This document shows positions 16,947 through 25,900 of a stretch of DNA of 32,000 bases, piece by piece (the first letter of the stretch is position 1; every line of letters begins with the position of its first letter). The stretch covers positions 30,001 through 62,000 of the forward strand of contig CAZXEQ010000004.1 of the NCBI GenBank assembly GCA_964640155.1, written 5' to 3'. The position numbers and the translations under genes were made by a program. The notes beneath the pieces were generated by a model. It searched no databases, was not told the origin of the DNA, and was given only the letters and a program-made list of their open reading frames with translations. This DNA comes from an uncultured bacterium (GTDB taxonomy: Bacteria > Auribacterota > JACPWU01).

Positions 16947-19900
16947 ATGCATTTCTTAACATCCTCTAAATTAGGTAATTACAGAAAATTAACTTCTTTA
17001 TTTTTAAGTCTTGCTCTGGCTATTGATTGCTCCATTTTTACAGGGGCTTCTTTGGCAATGGGGCAAGACTTATTGCCAAATTCCAGAAAAATAGAACTTT
17101 CCAAAATCTCCCCATCCCTTCAAAACCTTATTTTACCTGGCATGCAAAACGGCAAAACATTTAAAGGGGATGGCGAGAGTCAATTCATGCTGATTCGAGA
17201 CTTACACTGCCAAGAAGAAGCTCAAATTAAAATAGCTCAAGGAATAGAATTACTAAACAAGAAACATGGTGTTAAACAGGCATTGATAGAGGGAGCTGAG
17301 GGACTTGTTCGAACAGGGCTTTATAGCAGCTTTCCTGATGACAAAATACGCCAGCAAGTAGCCAGTGAATTCTTAAAAGAAGGATATTTGAGTGGGGCAG
17401 AGTATGCGGCGATTAAAATGGGGAAGAACGCTGATTTAACACTTTATGGGGTTGAAGATGCTTCTTTATACATTGAGAACTTTAGGGCTTTCCGAAACAC
17501 AAGAAAACTTTATCAATCTAAGCTTAAATCTATCAAAAAAATAGATGAATGGCTGAGAACCCTTAAGAAAGAAAAATACTCGAAAGAATTACTATCTTTA
17601 GATTCGGCATTAGAGAAGACCTCGAATGGAAAAATAGATGTAGAGAGTTTGATCAATAGCATAAAGAGTTTTGAACCTTCTCAAGAACTCAAAGCATTAG
17701 AAGAATGGGAAAAAGTTATTAAAGATTCAAAAGCGATTAATCCAGAAAAGATCCAAACATCGTTAAGTTCTTTAATAAACCATCTTCGAATGCAACTTGT
17801 CCAAGAAGAAATGAAAGAAGTCATCCAATGGACGTTAGAATATCGATTAAAGAAAATCAAAACATCTGAATATCTTGCTCGATTAAAACAAAAAGCAGGT
17901 GAAGCAACATTCAATCAAGAATACCCCATTCTTGAATCATGGAGAGATTTAAGCCAGAGACAAGAATCATTAGACATAGAGCAATTGATTAAGTCTTGCC
18001 AATCAAAACTTCAAGAACAAATGATAAAACTCTCAAAACAAGAAAACGTAGAACCTCTTCTGAATCTAGATCAGCATTGGAAGCAAATACATCATCTTAT
18101 TAAATTAGAGCTAAGCAGAAGCGAATTAGAAGAGTTAAAAAAGAATGGATTCCCGACAAAAGCTTTCGGGAATGACATGACTGATCTCAAAGACCTCATC
18201 GAAAGCGCATGGCAGTTTTATGAACTGGCTCAAAAGCGCGATCATGTTTTGACTCAAAATGCTTTAAGGGCATTGAAGTCACCAGTCATCAGTCTCCAGT
18301 CTCCAGAAAACAAAAATACACTAGAACTGGAGACCGGCGACCGGAAACAGGCGACTATCTTAATCACCGGCGGTTTCCACACAGAAGCTATCCAAAAACA
18401 ATTAGAAGAATCAAATATCAGCTATACCACATGGACTCCCATAGTCTCCAATAATATCTCACAAAGCCTTTATGAAAAGATCATGATGGATGAGAGATTT
18501 GATCTGGACAATATTGAGTTCTCCCAGAAACGTATCTCAACCCGGCATGAAAAAGATCCCATCCGACAAATGCTTGCAACTCCAGCGTCCCTAGCTCAAT
18601 GTTGGCAAAGATTTGACAGAGAAAGACAGGAAGTTCTGGAAAAATTCTTAAGTAAAATGGTGGAAGAAGAGTTAAAGCACGGAGGATCTTTTATCGCCGT
18701 TTTAGATCGATGGTTAGCGAAAGACGATATTGAAAAGTTTAACGATGATGAGACTCGTTTCTTAAGAAATATCGCTTCGCGCTTTGAAAAAGTTTTTTCA
18801 ATCAATAAAGTAGATGAGACCAACCGTGAAGAAGTTGAATTTGCAATCGGATTAGCTGAACAAGCTTTTGGAAAAGATTCGGCGTTTGCATCTTTAGTAA
18901 AAGGGCTTTTAGTAGAAAAAAACCGGCCAACCTTATTAAAAAAGGATCCTGCTTTAAATGTGATAGAAAATCCGCAGACCCATATTTTTGAGTTGCACAA
19001 AACTCTGACTGAAATGATAAATCTCTATTTTAATGAAAGAGACGAATTTCAAAGCAGATTTGGAAGCGCTGATGTGATGTTGACTCTTGAGGAAGTTCTT
19101 AAACGGATTTCTATTAAGTATGTGGAGGGAATTCCAGCATTGGAAGATGATTTAGATGAGGACGATTCATTGCTAGACGATGACATGGAAGACGTGCCTG
19201 CTCGCAAAGATGATGAGTTTCAAGAAGTTTGTTGCAATTTTGGAATCACAACCATTCATTTAATGTTTTGTGTGAGATCTGTTCTTCCCAAAAACCAACA
19301 AGAATGGGCTTTAGACAGAATAAAGGATTTATATCGAACTCCCTTTGAAAATATGCCGGCCGTTTTCAAAAATGAAATAGGTTTTTTATTGTGGAATCCT
19401 AGCCGGGGGCTCATTTTATGGAAAAACTTTCTAGGGGCAATACGCATAGATGTAACAGACGGAGAAGCAACACCGCGCAAATATGAAGGGCTAATTGAAA
19501 TACCCATTGGCACACTCATCCAAATGATAGAAACCACCTTGCATTCAGAAGCTGCTCCACTCAGCATGCAAGTATATAGAACATTAGAACAAGTTGCCAT
19601 ATGGCATCGTGGTGAATTAACTCAAAGTCTTTTCACTGCTTTAAGCTCGGCATATGCTCGAGAAGATTTGGATCCTAGCATCAAAGCAAAAATAGAAAGA
19701 ATAATAGATAAAATTTCAGAAGTTCGTCCTGATTTAATTACAGGAAAAGGAGGAACAAGTGTTGCTGAGGAAGGAATCGATGAAGAAAAAGATATTCATA
19801 CAGCTTTAGATGCTAATTTTAAACGTGGCAGTGTGATTGCTGTTACAGACGTAGATTTGAACAGTTTAGATGAGAAAAAAATTGATGAGCTAAGCGCTGA

Positions 19901-22900
19901 AAAATTAATAGAACTCTTCGCAAAGAATGTAAACAACATTCCAGGCGATCGTTTTAATTATCAGAACGCTGTCAGAAAATATTGGCGTTATCTTTTGATT
20001 GATCGCGGAGAGGGTTCACAAACCAATCTCATGCATGTTAAAAATTATCTCAAAATACTTTTAGTTTCAAGAGGTCCTGTCAAAGAATTTCATCGCTATA
20101 TTATTCCAATGGGAGAAGAATCGATTCTTGATCGTGTTTTGGTGTTGGATCATGCAGGAAAACAAGCAAAAACTAAAAAGAAAGGGAAAAATTCAAGAGA
20201 AGTAAAAACTGTTTTCTTAAACGAAAAAGCATTGATTGCAGGAGAAGATTTAAAAGAGCAACTTCGGGTTTTAATTCAACATGCGAAACAAGATTTAGAA
20301 GAAGGAAAGCATAAATGGAGAGGGGAAGAGAAGAAATCAATTGATGAACTTTGGGACGAAGCTAAGAAAGTTAAATCTAGCATAAACAAGAGGTTTCCAA
20401 ATCGAGGGGTACGATTCATTGGAATGTCGTCACAAAAAATTGCTTGGATGGCAATAGTTGCTATTTTAGGAGGTTCGGGCATTTCTTTGGATGTTGTCAC
20501 CGCAAATGATCTTGCAGCGGTTGCATTTCTTTCTTATGTAATTAAAAGGGGGGTCGATAGAGAAGATTCTTCCGCATTAATCATGATTCTATTAATAAAA
20601 TATGTTTTAGGAAATCCTCATTCAACAGATTTTTCAATTCGCTATGCAAAAAGATTTTTAATGGAAAGACTTAGCCAATATCCATCTCTTTTGTCTAGTT
20701 GCTTAAATAAAATGCGGCCTTTCTTTCTTGCAGAGCATTCTAATTCTAAGGCGCTAGAAGATTTTTGCGAGATTTTATTAGATGCCGCAGAAACTCAACC
20801 TGATTCAAGAAAAGAGATCTGTATTTTTTTTGAAGAAATAGTTGATAAAGCTCCATCACCACAAGCTGTGCTTTATGCATTAAATGCCATTGAATTTATA
20901 CGAAAAAATTTTATAGCCTTAATCTCAAAAAAAACTGTAGGGGCTGTCGGAAGTGTTTTTACACGTCATAAGTGGGGAGAGAAAGAAAAAGATATTTTTC
21001 GGGAGGCGCGACAACTTTTAGCAAATCTCGTTATGATTGATAGAGACGGTATTCCTTCCATTGCTCTAAGTGCTTATAAAGAGGTTTTGCGCGACTCAAA
21101 TCTTAACCCTTTTGCCTGTTCTGAGTTAGTGATGTTGGTCATGATTTTAAATGTTTTTCTGGATTCTGCTGCTGTGGACGCTATTGAACAAGCTTTAAAA
21201 ACCTTGGGAGAAATGCTAAAGGAACAAGATCAAACAAAATGGCCAGAAAATTCTCTTTATTCTGCGGCATTTTTGAGCATTCATGCTTTGCAATTAATTG
21301 CCCTCATGAGGCCCGACTTAAAAGAGGAAGTTGTGAAAGCGCTTGAGAGAATTCTTAAGGATTTAAGCACTCCAGAGGTGGTTCGGGACGACGTAAGAGT
21401 CGCCCTATTTGTTTTAGATGAGGAGAAAATTTCAGAGAAAACTGTAGATGACATGCTTGATTCAGCTGAACGTGTTTTATCTATTGAATGCGATGGGCTG
21501 GATTTAGCTGTACAAGCAATTGATAAAATCACAAGAGAGTCTCCTGGAAGTTTAAGCTCTAAAACACTTACGGCTTTAACAAAACTTCTTCATCGGTCAG
21601 GGTTATCTGAAAATTTGGCTATTTATATTCAAAAAACAACAGAGAGAATTAATAAAGCACGCCCTGAGCTTTCTAAAGAAATCCCATCCGCTTATTTAAA
21701 CGAAGCTGATGACGAAAAAATCGATAAAGCGCTTAAGCGTATCTTAGATGATGCATCAGAAAAAGATTTTCATTTTGTGCAAGGGAAAGCAGAAAAAGGA
21801 AAAACAGGAAAGTTAAAGGTAAACCCTGAGGTCGAAGGAAAAATTAAAGCAGCACTAGCAAGACTTGCCAGGATATATCCTGCTATCACTGCCTATGGTG
21901 TGGTTGTTTTAAGAGGCATGCCTTACAGTGGCCATTTCAGTCCTAAGCGAGGGGGACGTTTATACATTCCAACAGAAATCTTAGACATAGCCTCATCAGG
22001 TGATGAAACCTTTGCAGTTCAAATAATAGAAGATCATTTGGAACATGAGTATTTGAGGTCTACAGGTATGACTCATGATGCGGTTGTAAAAATTTGCAAT
22101 GAAAAACGTCCAGGCATTCATGAGGAAGTTGGAAGACGTTATAAGAATAAAGTAGCCCAAGAAAAATTACAGGCCTTATTAGATATAGATCTAGAGCAAA
22201 TGAAATCTGGGACAGATTTAAGTGATGTATTAAAGGAAAAATTGGAATATGTTCACAAGCGAAAATCGGATGTCGAAGAAATTACTTTTGAAGGCATAGC
22301 ACAGAAAATGAGCGAGAACCAAAAGCTTATTGATACTCAAGGACTCGATGCAATTGATACTCCTCTAGGCTGTATCGATTTAAGACGGCTTAACGATATA
22401 ACACAATATCAAGGAGAAGATGCAAAAATAGAACTAGCAAAAGATTTAGAAATAGCCCATTTATTAGGTCTCATAAGAATCAAAGGGTTTAGAGGTCGAA
22501 TTAGCTTGGTTTCTCATCCCTTGCGTCTTTTAGAAAGCCCCAAAATCGATATCACTTGGTCTGACACTTTTTGGTTAAGGAATGAGTTAAAGAAGTTAGC
22601 TCAAGCAGCACCTGATGGAAATTACAACGGGAGACCCATCTTAGAAATTCTTAGAGATGATGAAGGGCAAATTTGGTTTTACGAACAAGTCTTTGGAAAT
22701 AATGTCGCAGAGATGCATTTAGGAATGATTTACACAGCTTTACCAAAAGAATTAAAAACGCGAGGAAAGCTTTTAGAAAATTGGGGAGTACTTCCATTAA
22801 ATTATAGTCTAGTAAAAAAATTAAAAGAAGAAGTTGGGAGGTTAGTTGAGGCAGGAATTAACGGAACATATAACGGTAGACCTGTATTAAAAATTGTTGC

Positions 22901-25900
22901 AGATGATGAAGGCCAGATCTGGTTTTATGAGCAAGTTTTTGGAGATAATCTAGGAAAAATGAATTTAGGCGCTATTTACAGCGCTTTACCTAAAGAATTA
23001 AAAGCTCAAGGAAAACTTTTAGAAAATTGGGGAATGCTTCAATTAAATCACAATTTAAAAGAAGAAACGCTTAGCCAAATCAAAGTAGAAGAACATTCCC
23101 AAGAGAGGCCAAATAAAAATAGAACTGCTCAAGAAAAATCACAGGTCTTATTAAATATAAATCTAGATCAAATGAAATCCGGGACAGATTTAAATAAAGT
23201 ATTAAAAGAAAGGTTAGGGTACGATCGCAAACAAACATTGGATGCCAAAGAAATCACTCTAGAAGACATAGCACAGATAATGAGTGAGGGAGGAGAGGTT
23301 ATTGATGCTCAGGGTCTAGATATGCTAGAAACTCCCATTGGTCGAATCGATTTGAGAAGATTAAATGACATCAAGCAATATCAAGATGAAGATGCACAAG
23401 TAGAATTAGCAAGAGATTTAGAAATAGCTCATTGGCTGGGACTCTTAAGAATCAAAGAGTTTAGAGGTCGAATCAGTTTAGTTTCTATTCCGGTACGTGT
23501 TTTAAAAGGGCCCAAAATCGATATCTCATGGTCGAATACTTTTTGGTTAAGACATGGATTAAAGAAGTTAAATGAAGGCGACGTATATAAAGGGGAAAAT
23601 GTCTCCGAGATCGTCAAAGATGATGAAGGGCAAATTTGGTTTTATGAACAAGTTTTTGGAAAGGATATCGAAGGGATGAATTTAGGAAGTATTTACACAG
23701 CTTTACCAAAAGAATTAAAAACGCGAGGAAAGCTTTTAGAAAATTGGGAAGTACTTCCATTAAATTACAGTTTAGTGAAGAAATTAAGAGAAGAAGCAGG
23801 GAGGTTAGTTGAGGCAGGAATTAACGGAACATATGGCGGTAGACCTGTATCAGAAATTATTGCAGATGATGAAGGGCAAATTTGGCTTTATGGGCAAGTT
23901 TTTGGAAAAGATATAGAAAAAATGAATCTAAGTAATATTTACAGTACTTTACCGAAAGAATTAAAAATTCGAGGAAAGCTTTTAGAAAATTGGGGAGTAC
24001 TTCCATTAAATTACAGTTTAGTGAAGAAATTAAGAGAAGAAGCAGGGAGGTTAGTTGAGGCAGGAATTAACGGAACATATGGCGGTAGACCTGTATCAGA
24101 AATTATTGCAGATGATGAAGGGCAAATTTGGCTTTATGGGCAAGTTTTTGGAAAAGATATAGAAAAAATGAATCTAAGTAATATTTACAGTACTTTACCG
24201 AAAGAATTAAAAATTCGAGGAAAGCTTTTAGAAAATTGGGGAGTACTTCCATTAAATTACAGTTTAGTGAAGAAATTAAGAGAAGAAGCAGGGAGGTTAG
24301 TTGAGGCAGGAATTAACGGAACATATGGCGGTAAACCTGTATCAGAAATTATTGCAGATGATGAAGGCCAAATCTGGTTTTATGAGCAAGTCTTTGGAGA
24401 CAACATAGGAAGAATGCACTTAGGCACTGTTTATAGCGTTTTACCAAAAGAATTAAAAGCTCAAGGGAAGCTTTTAGGTAATTGGGGAAAACTTCAATTA
24501 AATTACAGTTTAGTGAAGAAATTAAGAGAAGAAGCAGGGAGGTTAGTTGAGGCAGGAATTAACGGAACATATGGCGGTAAACCTGTATCAGAAATTATTG
24601 CAGATGATGAAGGCCAAATCTGGTTTTATGAGCAAATCTTTGGAGACAACATAGAAAGAATGCACCTGGGAGGTATTTACACAGCTTTACCGAAAGATTT
24701 AAAAGCTCAAGGCAAGCTTTTAGCTGATTGGGGAATACTCCAACTAAATTATGTCTTAGCAAAGAAATTAAGAGAAGAAGTAGGGAGGTTAGTTGAGGCA
24801 GGAATTAACGGAACATATAAGGGTAGACCTGTGGCAGAGATTATTGCAAATAATGAAGGGCAAATTTGGTTTTATGAACAAGTTTTTGGAAAAGATATAG
24901 AAGAAATGAACCTAAGTAATATTTACAGTGCTTTACCTCGAAAATTAAAAAAAACAGGAGAACTTTTGCAGAATTGGCATGGGCGAGCAACCTCTCCTGA
25001 TCACATTTCTCCTTCAAGAGCAAGTGGAAGCATAGGTCTTTTACCTTATGGCTCTATCTCTGGCGATACAGGCATTAAGGCTGATGTAGTTCTTGCTCAA
25101 GCAAGAAGCAAGCCCACTATCACATTTACCATTGCTGAAGCAAAAAATGCAATCAGTAATGATTTAAAAGGTCGATTAGGACAATTCATGAGAACAGAAA
25201 CTTATCGAAGTTTATTAAATGAAGAAACAAGAACTGCTTTTGAAGGAAGTGCAGAAAAACCCACAACCATGCGAGTCATTAAAGACCAAGTAGAAGTCGC
25301 TAAAAATAAAGATGGGGCAAGTTATGGCCATTACAATGAAACAGAATCAGATTCAACTCAGCTTGTAGGAGAAAAACTTTTGGAATCTTTTCTAGAAGAG
25401 GATCCTGCAACTTCAACCATTAAAGACCCGGAAATACTAGCTCTTTGGATTCAAATTGAAATGGCAAGGAAAATATATGAGCAAAATAATGAGGTTCCTG
25501 ATCCTAGAAGTAGTTGGCAAGTTGTAAAAGATTTAAAAATCAAACCTTCTCTTTTTGAAAAATTAAACAATCATGTTATCCATGTTAAAGTCAAAGAAGA
25601 TATTCGTCGATTTCAAGAAGCAAGAGGAGCATTAGACATTGCAGACTTTATTAAATGGGCTATTGAAGAATCTCATGCTTCTACAAATCAAAACTCAGAA
25701 GTTGCAGGTGTTGATATAGGATCTCTCCAGGGGAAATATCTGGAAGAAATGCAACATCAATTGGCCACTCTTCTACAAGATCATGAGAAAGCCGAACGAA
25801 CTCTTCAAGGATTAAGCCAACAACAGCCAAACCCCATAATAAAAGCTGAATTTCAAATTCCATTAAAGAGGTCTTCAAAATATTATGCATCAACTTCAAG

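Noticed and set aside
22614-24976. Regularly spaced DNA repeats that might be mistaken for a CRISPR array or a satellite.
   Set aside because: The period is 246 nt with no short repeat/spacer alternation. The repeats are in frame, keep one long ORF open and encode a conserved 82-aa unit, so this is a coding tandem repeat.
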